DNA of 64,000 nucleotides from Lama guanicoe (lineage: Eukaryota): contig MU053482.1 of assembly GCA_013239625.1 (NCBI GenBank), positions 1,525,168-1,589,167 of the forward strand. Direction: 5' to 3'. The notes under the pieces are model-generated. The model saw only the letters and a program-made list of their open reading frames with translations, made no database searches and was not told the origin of the DNA. A program made the position numbers and the translations under genes. Positions 1-13,479 of the stretch are shown here, piece after piece. Position 1 is the first letter of the stretch. Each line of letters starts with the position of its first letter.

Positions 1-307
1 AAAAGAGAAACAGACTCATAGACACAGAATACAAACTTGTGGTTGCCAAGGGGGAAGGGAGTAGGAAGGGATAGACTGGGAGTTCAAAATTTGTAGATAC
101 TGACAGGCATATGTAGAACAGATAAACAAGATTACACTGTATAGCACAGGGAAATATATACAAGATCTTGTGGTAGCTCACAGCAAAAAAAAAATGTGGC
201 ATTAAATATATGTATGTTCATGTATAACTGAAAAATTGTGCTTTACACTGGAATTTGACACAACATTGTAAAATGACAGTAACTCAATAAAAAATGTTTA
301 AAAAAAA
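1..307 (+). mobile_element. L1 3' end (lineage-specific), runs off window start
   Basis: L1 3'UTR (cagactcatagacacagaa...tatagcacagggaaatatat...aataaa, A-rich tail); near-identical to the copy at 8114-8540. Confidence 0.9.
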
Positions 308-489
308 TACAGGACTTCTTTATAAGGTGATGAAAGTGTTCTAAAATTGACCATGGTGATTGTTGCATATATTGTGAATATTTTTAAATGATTGAATTAT
401 ATACTTTAAAAGGGAAAATTTTGTGGTAGATGAATTACATGTCACTAAAGCTATTAAAACAATTTTGTGGGCTTTCTATGTATCAAATC

Positions 490-1776
490 ATAATTTATTC
501 AATTAGACAAAATCCACATTCATAAACCTCTGCCAGGAAACTCTTCCTCTTGTACTTTGTGAGGCTGCTGTGAGAAAATACCCTTGAGATTTTTAAAGCC
601 TTATTTTAGAAAGAAAGGGTCTATGAAACATGCCATTAAGACTCTTAGAATGACTTCTGTATAGCTGAAAGGGTCATGGAGGTCTTAGGTCTCAACAAAG
701 GATCTTACAGCTATAATCTGGATTTGACCTTTGATCTGGAGCCATTTTTTATCTTGAGAATATTTTTCTAGAAGATAATGGGCATGAGAAATAGCCTTAT
801 TTTCAAACCCAGGAAGATCTGGCTCCCTTTTATATTTTTAAAACTTTTCAAAAGAACTAAATAAATCCTTCTGCAGTTCACATCTCCCTTCTTATACTTT
901 AGCACAGACAGCTATAAGACACTAGGTAGAACTTTTTACATTCTTCCTGGAAATCTTCCCAGCTGAATCCAAGAGTATATGAGGCACCTTTTATATTTTC
1001 TGTTTTACCCCAGGTGACAATATTGACAAACATCCCACCACTACCTGGCAAGTGTCTTCTTTAGCTTTCAAAAATATTTTCTTCACTTCAAGCCCTCACC
1101 ATCTTATAAGAACCCTCCAGAAGTCAGTAAAAGTCTCCCCAAAGCTCTGATTCTACCCATGGTTCAGTTCTAAAGTTGATGCACATGACTTTGGCTTCTG
1201 TTACGGCAAACTATCACTTTCAGGTGTCAGATTCTGATGTGGTGTTCTATACTGCCTAACACACTACTCTAAATCTTAGTGTTTAAAGCAATGACTATTT
1301 GATTATATCTTATGATTCAGAAATTCAGGAAAGATTTGGCTTGGTAAGTCTTCTGCCCCTCATGACTTTACTGGGATTGCACAGTGGTGTTCACTGGGTG
1401 GCTGGCCTAGGGTAGAGGATCCAAGATGGTTTCATTCACATGCCTGCTACCTTACTGGAAAGGGTTTGAAGGGGGGGCTTAGCTAGTCCCCTCTCCCTCT
1501 CTACATTGCCTCAGGGCTTCTCCACATGGTTTTCATGGGAGTGGCCAAATTTATTATATGGCAACTCAGAGCTCCATAAGGAAATCTTCCAGGAGACCCA
1601 GGGAGAGGCTGCATGGCCTCTTATCGCTGAGATTTGACATTCTCAGATCATTAACTTCCTTGTATTCTATACGTAAAGCATACCAATAAGGCCAGTCCAG
1701 ATTCAAGGTGAAAGGAATTTCACTGCACCTCTTAACAGGAGAAGTCTCAGAGAATTTGTGCCTTTAATCTGCCACA
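490..1776. mobile_element. MaLR (MLT1-type) internal fragment plus LTR (~1238-1776)
   Basis: MLT1-like motifs (aaatcttagtgtttaaagcaa, gatccaagatgg, ggccagtccagattcaagg); ends tttaatctgccaca; boundaries approximate. Confidence 0.65.
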
Positions 1777-1926
1777 ACATGGGAAATAAATCTTTTCATA
1801 AATTTATATTTATAAAATGATTTTATTTTGTAAAAAAAGAGATTTGGGGGGGTTTCTGGCAAAAAAAAAAACAAACCTGGGAGAATAAATATTGAGATTT
1901 AGCAAGAGATAACGTATGGAAAATGG

Positions 1927-2385
1927 TGTATCAAACAGGGTATCTGAAGGAAGTAGATGGCTCGCTCAGTCTAGATAACTAAGGAGAGCTTAACAAAGGG
2001 ACTATTTACAAAGTTGTACCAGGATTTCAGAAAAACTTCAAGGGTAATTCTGCACTCTAGGGCTAGTGATTAGCCCAAGACCTGAAGAGGTAAGGATGTG
2101 GGCAATTACTGGAACCTGGAAAGCTGTGATGACAGGACTACCTGTCAGGAGCTGTGGCCTTCTGTAAAGAATTCTGGTCAACCCAGGTGATCCAGAAGGG
2201 AAGAAGCAGGTAAGCAGCCAAACCTCAGTACATTTCTGCCGGTACTCACACACTAATTAACCAAGCTAGAAGCCATCGGCAAGGGAGCCTATTGATACAG
2301 TCCATATAAATCAACCTCTTGGGATTAAATCAGGTGGAAATGGGCAGAAATTTGTCCTGGGAACACAAACATGAGATACCTAGCA
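1927..2385. mobile_element. Old ERVL-class LTR
   Basis: Resembles the old LTR at 63340-63775 (shared aagggagcct-ttga-acagtcc-taa motif); family assigned by recollection only. Confidence 0.45.
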
Positions 2386-4419
2386 CTGATAGGTTTTTTG
2401 CATTTTTCTATTCTTATTTCTGGTATATCCATATATTATTTAATTTACATGAAAATATGAATTATTTTTAAATATGAAAATATTATCAAGCTCCAAAACT
2501 GAAGCTTATACCAGAAGCAGGAAGAACGTTGATGCATTTGTTACAGTAATTCCAATGGGATTACACACAACAAAATTTAAGCAGTGGCAGAAGTGGCAGT
2601 GAAAATGGAAAGGAAGTACTGTACAGGAAAGACATTACTGAAGTGTACTGCAGGCATTCCGTTAGGCTGAAAAGCCTAGGGAAAGCAGTATTTTACCATA
2701 ATTTCATTCCAGGTAGGTCACATTCATTCTAAACACTTACTATCCAAACATTTCTTACAACACATTATAGAAGTGTTTACTCAAAATTCACTATCAGAAA
2801 AGGGACAAACACTGTAATTAATTCACATGTTCAAATCAGTAAAAAAAAGTTTAAGTTGTCTGTGAGTTTAGGTGAGAAGGTATAGTGGGTGCTGCAGCCA
2901 CATCTTAGCTGGTCTCCAAATAGAATTCCACTTCATGCTTGAGTTAAAAAAAAAATCGAGCACCATCGTTAGCATCTGCACATTTCTATAGACAGTTTAT
3001 TTTAATAAAGTAGAAAAGCCTGGGAGGAAAGTAGGTGAAGCTAAAAAGGCTTATTAAAGTCCATGCATTTGGGGGGAAAAAAGGTGATAAAGTATATAGA
3101 GAAAGATGAATAAGTCAGAGGAAAAGCCTGTCTATGTCTTTTGAGTATATTATTCCTTATACATGAAGAGGAGAAGCCTAATATTCAACAGAAATTTTAG
3201 ACCTTTGGAAAAAAAATACTTCTGTTGCAAGTATGTATAACAATAGCATAACCAGGAACATCACATTCAAAATATAATTACAGGGAAAATATTAGTTATC
3301 AAGAATCGTACAATTGCAAGCAAAGGAAATGAAAGTATGTCTCTATTTTGAGTTTCTTTGGTATCTTTTCAGTCTAATTGCTCTTCTATGGCTTACATGT
3401 TAGTTCCCAGTTCTGCAATTTGATTTTTGAACACTGAGGAGAAAATATTGTCTACTCATTCCTTGAATTCACACATGAAGAAATCTTAGGCATCTATTCT
3501 TTCACTCTCTCCTTTTCCAGGCCACTTTTGCTCACTTTCAGCTATCACCAAGCAGAGGGAGTGACTTCACCTTCCACTCCTCTCCTCCTGTTTTCAAACT
3601 TCACTCAGGCAACTTCTCAGCCAGGAAGTAACTATTCTCTAAAATGCTGTGCTCTTTTAGTTGATTTTGCTAAGTGAAAAATCATTAGTCAGTTATTATG
3701 AATCTTTAACATGTTTACATGTTACACTTCATGTTTTTGCAAAGTGCAAGAAAATGAGAAGTCCTGTCTAATGCAGTACAGTTACCACTGTATACCATAA
3801 ACAGACACACTGATCCATGAATTCAGTAATACTGCATAACGAGATACTCTGAAATCCTTGGTGGGTTGTGACATGATACTTTGTGAAACTAGGTTGAATT
3901 TTAAGTAGACTTGGACTGTATTACTATCTTCCCACTTGAAAAAACGATATATAAGCTCTACCTATCCAATATATTTTAAAGAATGAGCTAGATTCTGGTG
4001 ATGACGGCTGACAGATTTTGTCATCTAGGAGGACTGGTCAGTGGATTGTCCGGCAGGAGCTCATGGGCAAGAAGAAGCCATTAAAGTGCCTTTAAAATGA
4101 TTTCTGAATGTTTGGTTGGATCAAGTCAGCACTCAAAGGTGCTCTACAGGCTGCAGCTGTGGTCAGGCTTGGACCAAGTCAGAAGCAGAGCTCTTCAAGA
4201 GCTCTCACAGAACACTCAGTCCTTAAGTTGCTCTGGGACACAGAACATTTACATTGTCTTCCAAGTTAAAATACCAGAGATATCAACCCAACGAATGTAA
4301 TGAGGTGCCCCCACAGGTATTATTTCCTGAGGTGCCATTCAAGCAGATATAATTTGTTCGTAAGGGGTTTCCACTTATAAATGCAGCAAGGTCAATGATG
4401 ACTGGAAAAATCAAACAAA

Positions 4420-5395
4420 CAAAGTGTCTATTCAGATCTTCTGCCCATTTTTTAATCAAATTACTTGCTATTGAGTTGTATGATTTCTTTATATATTTTG
4501 AATATTAACACCTTGTCCAATATATAGTTTGCAAATACTTAATTCTTTTTGAAGCAGTGGTAATGGTTAGTTCTCTTAATTTCTCTTTCTGATAGCGCAT
4601 TAGTGTATAGAAACACAACTGATTTTTATACATATTGATTTTGCATCCTGCAACTTCACTGAATTCATTTATAAATTCTAACAGTTTTATGGTGGAATCT
4701 TTATGGTTTTCTATATATAATACCATATCATCTGCAGACAGTGAGAGATTTACTTCTTCCTTTCCAATTTGAATACCTTTTACTTCTTTTTTCTTGCCTA
4801 ATTGCTCTGAGATTCACAATTACTCTTCTGATCTTATCAACATCCACAAGTCTGTAGTTATACCTTTCTTATTTTGATTATTTAGGCTTTCTTTCCCCCC
4901 AAAATTGCCATAATAAGTCCAATACATCACTAAAAAAACAAATATTTGGAATTTTTGGTCATCTCTATTTTGTGTTGATTTTTTATTTGATTAATATCCA
5001 TTAGTAATTTTATAACTACTATACAACTCTGGGTTTTATATTACTATTTTTTCTACCTATGAAAATTAATGCAAACATTATTAAATTTAGCTTTTTTCTT
5101 TTCTATCGTTTCTAGAATAAGTTTCCTTCTAAGAACTAATATACCGATAGCACAAATTTTATATATATATTATTTCGGTGTTTTCTAATTTCTATTTTTT
5201 CCTTGTCCTATCCGTTCTTTAATGGTGTATTCATTTCCAAATATATGGGTGTTTTATAGTTGTCTTTTTGTTATTGATTTCTAGCTTTATTGCATTATAT
5301 TTATAGAATATACTTTATGTAATTGAAAATATTAAAATAAGTTGAGGCTTTCTTTATTTCCCAATATCTGCTCAATTTAAAAAATATATATACTG
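4420..5395 (-). mobile_element. L1 fragments (ORF2 RT region and older L1M)
   Basis: ORF 4505-4726 translates [31 protein letters not shown], an L1 ORF2 RT segment. Confidence 0.85.
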
Positions 5396-6004
5396 GCTCG
5401 TGATTAATGCTCTACATTTCCATTTCTGGGAAGATGGTTAAAAGTGTTATTAAAAAAAATCTAATATGCACATTTCCTCACAATTGAGAATTACGTAGCG
5501 CCATTATTTAGCAGGAAATGACACTTATTTCTATTAGCCTTCCTGTAGCTGAGCGACACTGCATTTGAAAGAGCAGTGGATAAAAATAACAGCAAAGATA
5601 AACTGATGATTTAAGGTAGAGACACAGAGCAGCAGCATCGTCCGGCCTCATCCGTCTTTGGCAGATTCCATCACAGACATCCATAGAAAATTAATTATAT
5701 TAACTCAGAATTCACACTGTCCTCTGAACAGATGCATAAGAAAAATATACCGTCTCTACTAATCAGAGTCACTTACAAGAGGCATAAATCCCAGCACCAC
5801 AAGGAACAAATGCAATTAGTCTCATAGAGAGAAATTCGGTCTGTATAACCGGCAATGATGGTTACGGTTATAACTAGCTCCTCTTTGAGAAGCAATGTGG
5901 GCCAGCAATCAGAACTGAGTGTCTATACTTGTTTTTTCAATTGTTTTTTAAATTTTGAGTGTGCATAGTAAAGGACATGCAGTCTTCATTCCTATGTATG
6001 CACT

Positions 6005-6460
6005 GAGACTGTTTTACAACAATTTTCCAAAAGCAGAGCCTTAATCAGCAGTTTGTTTGCAAGACATTTAGTGAGGAGTGATCCCAGAGGAAAAGTGTAA
6101 AAGTGAGAGAAGCAGGACAAAGCATGAGGTGAAGCCAGGTAAAGACGTGGGGTCTGCTGAAGTGTAGCTTCAGTCTGGTCCCCGGAGAGCACTGGAGCAT
6201 GAACGGCACTGCAGAGCTGCCCCACCATGTAATGGTAGGGTGTGTTTGCCGTTGTTTCTAAGTCGTTCTTTCACTCAGTGGTTGGCTATGCGGCACCTTG
6301 GGAGTGAGGGCATATGCACTCCCAGAAATATCCAGTCACTCATGCTCCTTTCAGTGAAGTACAATCCTCAAAAGACATTAGCATCCAGGTCTCAGAGAAG
6401 ATGGAGATGTGTTCATTGGTCTGGTACGAGAGATCTAAGAAAGACACAAAACTGTCTAGC
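6005..6460. mobile_element. Old ERVL LTR (LTR16/33-like)
   Basis: aagcagagcct...gtgatcccagagg motif typical of this LTR group; diverged. Confidence 0.45.
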
Positions 6461-7177
6461 TAGCTTTTTCTTTTTTTTAAAGCTTTATCTACAACTACCG
6501 AGGTAACTACACCATATCTGTTAGCACTGAGAGTCTGGAATCCAGTGGAGGCCATCCGCAGTAAGTGCCTCTCCTTACAGAAATCCTACATAAAGACTAA
6601 TTTCTCCCTCGGTTTTTAACCTTATGCAAACAAAGGGATTCTTGGATAGGTGGCACTTGTTCTGAATTTAAAAGAATGGACAAGAGTTTGGACGGGTAAA
6701 CTCAGGATAAGGGATTTTCAAACAGACAAAACAGACTACAGAACAAGCAAAGTGCAGAATTTAAACAGGAGACAGTGTATTGACTGTCTTGCTACAACCT
6801 TGAGATTGCGAGAGCAGATACTGGAGACAAGACTTGATAGCATATTAGGTGGAAGATAATACAGGTGGTGGAAGACTTTAAAGGCCAAAGCTGATGAGAG
6901 AGGCAATTAGACGGCATTTGTGGATATCACAAATGGCAATGCAATAATTGGGGATTTTGTTTTTCAACAAGGTCTTTCCCAGCAGAGCTGCCTCTTGAGA
7001 AAGCAATCACAGTGCTCATACTATGTGTTCATGCTCTACTCTCCTTTTCTGGATGCGTCTCCAGGTATTAGCTTCTCATGACATGCCATTCCCTCATGTA
7101 TTGGGAAGAGGAGACCTCAAAGACTCAGCCAATTTTCAGAATTACAAAATAAATGATATTGTACAGGAAGCAGAATA

Positions 7178-7660
7178 TCCCTGAGGGAATCATCTACAAG
7201 ACAAGATTTTTTTTGTAACAAGTTAAGTCTCCATCACTTCAATCGTTATTCAAAATTGTAAGTGCAAACATCACTAAAAAAAAGTCTCTGTGGTATGTCA
7301 GGATTTTAAAAATATTTTTGAGGACATCACATGGGATGACAGATCCACAGACTCCTGGCATCTAAAGCAGTAGTCTCAAGATAACGGTCTCCAAGGACTC
7401 TCATTAAAACTTCTTTTTTAAGGAAAGGAGAAGACACAACCTTTTATATTATAGGAGAGTAATGTCAAAGGGGACTCATCACAGGCATTCAAAGGGAAGA
7501 GTTGCCTTAAAACTTACCCCCAAAATTATAAGACACATGAAATCACAGGAAGTACTGCAGAAAGCCATGCCTGAATTGTGAGACTAAGGTCTTCCTCCAG
7601 CTTAATGAACTCATGATTTTATGGGAATGGAAGGTGATTTTCCTCCTGTGAAAGGTAGGA
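7178..7660 (+). promoter_or_regulatory. Candidate promoter and non-coding exon 1 of OR10AB1-like
   Basis: O/E-like TCCCTGAGGGA (7178); O/E-like TCTCCAAGGA 3 bp from homeodomain site TCATTA (7388-7406); donor AAG|GTAGGA at 7654/7655. Confidence 0.5.
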
Positions 7661-8113
7661 ATTTTAGAGTTGTTTCTCTTTATAATGAACATTATTCTGT
7701 GCCTTCTAATAATTAAGTATCCACGGGTGTTAAAAGCCTGTTATAAAATATTATAGAAACTATGAAAATGGATAAGCTGGAAATTAAGAATGTTATCAAT
7801 TCCCTACTCCTGGCAGAGATGCAACCCAGAAAACTGTACAGGGGGAAGATCTCAAGAACTGAAAAGAGAACAGAATGGCAAACTCAAGGCAAAGCCAGGT
7901 GAATAAAGAGGGTAAGGCTTGGGAAAAATAAACAGAAGGGCTGAAAAAATGTTCCAAGCATCTTATTCTCCAGTGCCCGCCAGAGTGACTGGGGAGAATG
8001 GAAATAATGCCATACTGACAGAATCTTCCATCACTGCTGTTCTAGGGTGTATGAAAAAACATGTTATCATTAACATACATGAAAAGTATGATAAAAGTCA
8101 AAAGTTTTCAACC

Positions 8114-8540
8114 GACAACATAACACCATTTGCAGCAACATGGATGCTCCTGAAGAATGTCATTCTAAGTGAAGTAAGCCAGGAAGAGAAAGAAAAATAC
8201 CACATGAGATCGTTCATATGTGGAATCTAAAAAAGAAAAAAACAAAAAAGCATAAATACAAAACAGAAATAGACTCACAGACATAGAATATAAACTTGTG
8301 GTTGCCAAGGGGGCGGGGAGTGGGAAGAGACAGACTGGGATTTCAAAACTGTAGAATAGATAAACAAGATTATACTGCATAGCACAGGGAAATATATACA
8401 AGATCTTATGGTAGCTCACAGAGGAAACAAATGTTACAATGAATATATATATGTTCATGTATAACTGAAAAGTTGTGCTCTACACTGGAATTTGACACAA
8501 CATTGTAAAATGATTATAAATCAATAAAAAAATGTTAAAA
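8114..8540 (+). mobile_element. 5'-truncated L1
   Basis: ORF2 C-terminus (TPFAATWMLLKNVILSEVSQEEKEKYHM), 3'UTR and A tail; degenerate TSD aaaagtcaa(aa)gtt(t/c)tcaacc. Confidence 0.9.
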
Positions 8541-9225
8541 AAAAGTCAAGTTCTCAACCAAAATTAATGAGAGAGGTTATGAGATGTAGAATGATTGTAG
8601 ATTGGACATAGAAAAGCTGGTAGTAGGTGAAGGAAAGGACTGAAAGAGGGAAAGTAGAGGTTGTAGCAAAAATCCACAAGTGATGGACTAGAATGCAGGA
8701 GACATTTTTTAGTTAGGATCCTGGAATCTAGAAAATGTGGGCAACGCGGGGGATGAGGAATCAAAGTAATTCAAGCTAGGTCCTAAAAAATGAGTAAAAG
8801 TCTGATAGAAAATAAAATGGAAAAAAAACCCACAATTTATTACTTAGGAATAAATTTAACAAAAGAAGTACAAAACTTATACTATGAAAACAACAAAATT
8901 TTGCTGCACACCAGAAATTGACACATTATAAACTGACTATACTTAAATAAAAAAGAATGCCAAAAAAAAAAGAAGGAAAGAAAGAAAATGGAGGAGAAGT
9001 TGCGGCAGAGGGAACCCCATGTGCAGAAGCACAGCAGCATGAAGTATCATATGTTTGGAAACTAGAGGGCACTACTGTTTGAGTGTAGGGTAGGTGGAGG
9101 GATGTGGTGGAAAATGAGCCAGGAGCAGTGCCTTGGGAGCTATTTGTGATGAGCATCAAATATCATGCTGGGCTATTTGGATTTCCTCCTACAAGCAGTA
9201 TGTAGTCATTCACTATTTTTGACAC

Positions 9226-9869
9226 TTTTTTTTTTGCATTTTCTTTCTTTTATGGTTGATTTATAATACTGTATTAGTGTCTGGCATACAGCATAGTGAT
9301 TTAGTTATACATATATATATATTCTTTTTCATTATAGATTACAAGATATTGAATGTAGTTCCCTGTGCTATACAGTAGGAACTTGCTGTTTATCTATTTT
9401 ATATATAGTAGTTTGTATCTGATCATTCCAAACTCTTAATTCATCCTTCCCACTCCCTTCCCCCTTTGGTAACCATAGCTTTGTTTTTTAAGTCTGTGAG
9501 TCTCTTTCCATTTTATAAATAAGTTAATTTGTATGTATCATTTTTTTTTAGATTCCACATATAAGTAACACCATGATATCTGTCTTTGTCTGACTTCATT
9601 TAGTATGACAATCTCTAGGTCCACCCATGTTGCTGCAAATGGCATTATTTTATTTTTTATGGCTCAATACTATTCCATGGTGTGTGTGTGTGGGTGTGTG
9701 TGTGTGTACACATCTTCTTTATCCAATCATCTGTCGATGGACGTTTAGGTTATTTCCATGTCTTGGCTATCATAAATAGTGCTGCTGTAAACATTGGGGT
9801 GTGTGTATCTTTTTGAATTAGAGTGCTCTCTGAATGTATGACCAGCAGTGGGATTAAAGGATCATATGG
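9226..9869 (-). mobile_element. 5'-truncated L1 with internal (TG)n
   Basis: Reverse L1 3' end, poly-T at left, degenerate TSD tatt(t/a)ttgaca; (TG)n at ~9680-9707. Confidence 0.9.
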
Positions 9870-12211
9870 TTATTATTGACAATATTAGTGACTTAATGTA
9901 TCCTGTGTTTAGGAATCCAATATCTGGTCACAATGTGGTGAATGAAATTAAAATCCAACAAACTAGGAGACAACTATGGAGGCACCATATTCACCCCATG
10001 TAATAGGTCCGGAACAATAGCAGAAAGAATAAAAACAAAAAACAAACAACAAAAAAGATGATGACAAAAAGGCATCTGGAATTTGGGAGGTTAACTTACG
10101 TGTATAAAGATGAGGAAGAAATCAAAATTGGGGTATGATGGTAGCTCTCTGATGTCTGCAACTAATTCAAATAGGAAATACAGGAAGAAACTGACATGTG
10201 GCGGAAATATGGCCAGTTCTGTTCTGAAAAATCTTACATTCAATACTTGGAGGACATTTTGGCCTGGAAATGTGCCAAAGGAAATTGGAGAGTCCTTTAG
10301 GGTAGAGGTGGGAATTGTAGAGACATACAAGGTAAGTGATAGTTAAAACAATAAGAATGGAAAAATACTTCCTTTAAAGGTAAATAGACTGAAAAATCTT
10401 CAAGGAAAGAGTGTAGAGTTGTCTCAAAGGTAAAACACATGGGTCTAGGTTGAAGATCGCTAGGGGTAGATAATTTCCATCTTTGGGTCTTTGTTTTAGC
10501 TGTAAATTGTGCCTGTAATGCTGACTACCCTGTTTTTTACCTTTTGGTTGCTAACTGACATTCTGTTCTCCATTTAAGCATGTTACCTCCCCAGAGAGGG
10601 CTTCCCTGACTCCACAAACCGAAGTAATCATTCACTCTCACATCACAGAGAGGATCACAGTGATCCCACGTGTCTGGTTACATACTGCATTTCCCAAGTG
10701 TAAAATTGCCTGGCCAGTGATAAGCATTTGGTTAGTGTTAAAAAAATTCATGACTTCTATAGTCATTTAACTACTCTGTACCTCACTTTATTGTTTATAA
10801 AATCAGAATGAAAATTCCAAACACATAGACTTGTGAGGACTACATGAGACAGCTCTGTCTAACTCCACCATATTGTCCGGCACATTATAGGTATTAGGTG
10901 GGTGCTGGTTACCTGGCATGATTCCTCTTGTAATCAATCCTTGCCCATAATTACAATGCAAAGAGAAACCAGTAACCCTTCAAGTCACAATACGTTTGTT
11001 AGTCTTACAGAATAATTTCCAGCAGTGTTTCTCTTTCTCTTGCACAAACTTTCACTTTCCACCACTGATTCATTACTATTTTTCTTTCCCTGCACATTTA
11101 ACAATGACTGAAGTTAAAATCAAAATTCCATGGATTGTCTTCATGTCATTTTTTTCTGCCCTCATCTCTTACAGGATTGGATGATTAATGAATAATTGAA
11201 ATAGAAATATAATTTACAAAATTGATCCAAGGAATTTGGGTTTATTCCATTCAGATCTGCACTTCAAAGCAAACCACGTAACAAGTACACCTGCTACAAA
11301 ATGTCCTGGAGGTTTTGCTAAAAAAAATCCAAAATCTGATTAGAACATTATGACCAGAACATGCTATTCTAAACAAGACAGTAAACTTCAAAATTATCTT
11401 GACTCGAGGCTAGTCCATTAATACATTAGGCAACCGGAAAAAGACCTTTAATGAGAAATTATTAAGAACTTACAATTACTGATATGTATTAAGAACTAAT
11501 GGTATTTTAAGTCTCAAGCTTTAATTATTACTATGGATAAAACCCAGTAGAAGTTACAACATGTTAAATTCATTTTTGTGGTCAGGTCATGGCCACAGTT
11601 ACTACTTTTGGAGCCACTGCAGGGTGAAACACTGATAAAAAGAGGATTTTGCTGAAGGAAACATCAAAGTTCTTCTGGAGAATTTCACTGATCTGCCTAA
11701 TTTTTTTTTAAAAAAATGTTATATTCACTTTAAGTGATTTAAGTGATAGGATTATTTTATTCATTCAGTCAGTAGTTTATGAAGCACCCCTGAGTACCAG
11801 GTTGCCATTTTATCTCAAAGAGGATTTGAAAAATGTAGCATCACAAAATCCAGTGGGTGAGAACAAAGCAAATTTATTCATGTTTCCCTCTTACATGCAG
11901 ATACTGATTGGAAAAGAGAGAAATAAGAATGCTTCTGTAAGTATAATCCAAGGAGATATTTGGGCCGACTGTATGTCATTTATATAGATTTTCATACCAG
12001 AATCATTCTTCTCACTCTGATTACTGAACTTGACTTCAGTCAAGTGCACTTAGCATCATTTTCTTAGGCTCTCCTCTGAAGAGGTTTCTTGAAGCTCAGG
12101 TCTTAAAAGTCTTGGTGACATTGGTACATAAGGATATTTTATAACCATCTCAGAGTCCTAACTTCAGGAACCCTGCACCTTTGGAAGAAAGTTGCCACAT
12201 GCACCAGGAGG

Positions 12212-13177
12212 ATGGGCAATCACACTGCAGTGAGCACCTTCCTTCTGTGGGGATTTTCCAGTTTCCCAGACCTGCAGAGTCTCCTCTTTGTGATGATTTT
12301 CTTCTCCCATGCAACCATTCTTGCTGCAAATGTGTCCATAATGGTGGCCATCAAGCTCACTCGCCACCTGCACACCCCCATGTACTTTTTCCTCTGTGGT
12401 CTGGCCTTTTCAGAAACCTGTACCACTGTGGTAATCATACCCCGCATGTTAGTGGATTTACTATCAGATAGTAAGACCATCTCTCTTCCTGAGTGTGCCA
12501 CACAGATGTTCTTCTTCTTTGGCTTGGGAGGCAACAACTGCTTCATCATGGCTGCCATGTCCTATGACCGTTACACTGCTATTCACAACCCGCTGCACTA
12601 CCCTGTCCTGATGACCCGGAAGATCTGCTTTCAGCTGATGACGGCCTCCTGTGTCACTGGGATTGTGGTGTCACTGTGTATTGCCCTCATAGTATTCAAC
12701 TTGTCTTTCTGTGACTCCAACGTCATCCAGCACTTTTTTTGTGACATCTTGCCTGTGGTCTGCCTGGCTTGTGACTATACGCCCTATCATGAAATGGCTA
12801 TATTTATGCTCTCTGCCTTTGTGTTGGTGGGCAGTTTTATCTTAATTATGATTTCCTATGTCTTCATTGGGTCCATAGTTATAAAGATGCCTTCTGCCAA
12901 AGGGAGGTATAAGGCTTTCTCAACTTGCTCCTCCCACCTCACTGTGGTGTGCATGCACTACGGATTTGCTGGTTTTATCTATTTGAGGCCCAAGGACAGT
13001 GGCTCATTCCGTGAAGATATGCTGAGGGCTGTGACCTACACAGTGCTGACACCTCTGCTTAATCCCATTGTTTACAGTCTAAGAAACAAAGAAATGCAGA
13101 TTGCCTTAAGGAAGGTACTAGACAGTACACACAGGTTCATCCCTCAGATGGTAAATAAAAGGACCCTGAACATTTAA
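12212..13177 (+). CDS. OR10AB1: Olfactory receptor, family 10 (OR10AB1-like), intact, 321 aa
   Basis: NHT glycosylation site, LHTPMYFFL, MSYDRY, HFFCD, KAFSTCSSHL, PLLNPIVYSLRNKE; candidate acceptors at 12067 and 12167; symbol inferred from recalled synteny. Confidence 0.9.
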   Translation: MGNHTAVSTFLLWGFSSFPDLQSLLFVMIFFSHATILAANVSIMVAIKLTRHLHTPMYFFLCGLAFSETCTTVVIIPRMLVDLLSDSKTISLPECATQMFFFFGLGGNNCFIMAAMSYDRYTAIHNPLHYPVLMTRKICFQLMTASCVTGIVVSLCIALIVFNLSFCDSNVIQHFFCDILPVVCLACDYTPYHEMAIFMLSAFVLVGSFILIMISYVFIGSIVIKMPSAKGRYKAFSTCSSHLTVVCMHYGFAGFIYLRPKDSGSFREDMLRAVTYTVLTPLLNPIVYSLRNKEMQIALRKVLDSTHRFIPQMVNKRTLNI

Positions 13178-13479
13178 AAATTACAGATTGCTGGAAAATG
13201 AAAGTGGAAAAAGTGGAGTACTTTTGATAAAAATCATCACTTTGTGTACAAAGCATTTAAAGTATTATCAAGTCACCTGATATGTCTTGGCATCACCATT
13301 TTCCCAGTACAAACAGGATACAATTCTAAATATTTTAAAACATATGTTAGTGTGTATGCATGTATGTATACATATATACATATGAGCATGCAATAAATTA
13401 AAACACATTTCAGAACACAGTATTTTCATAATAGCAGTTGGACGAATCTTTCTGTTTACGGACTGCAGTTGACTAGTCC

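Noticed and set aside
11400..11530. TAATGA/ATTA cluster upstream of OR10AB1-like
   Set aside because: Very AT-rich context with no convincing adjacent O/E site; not distinguishable from chance.
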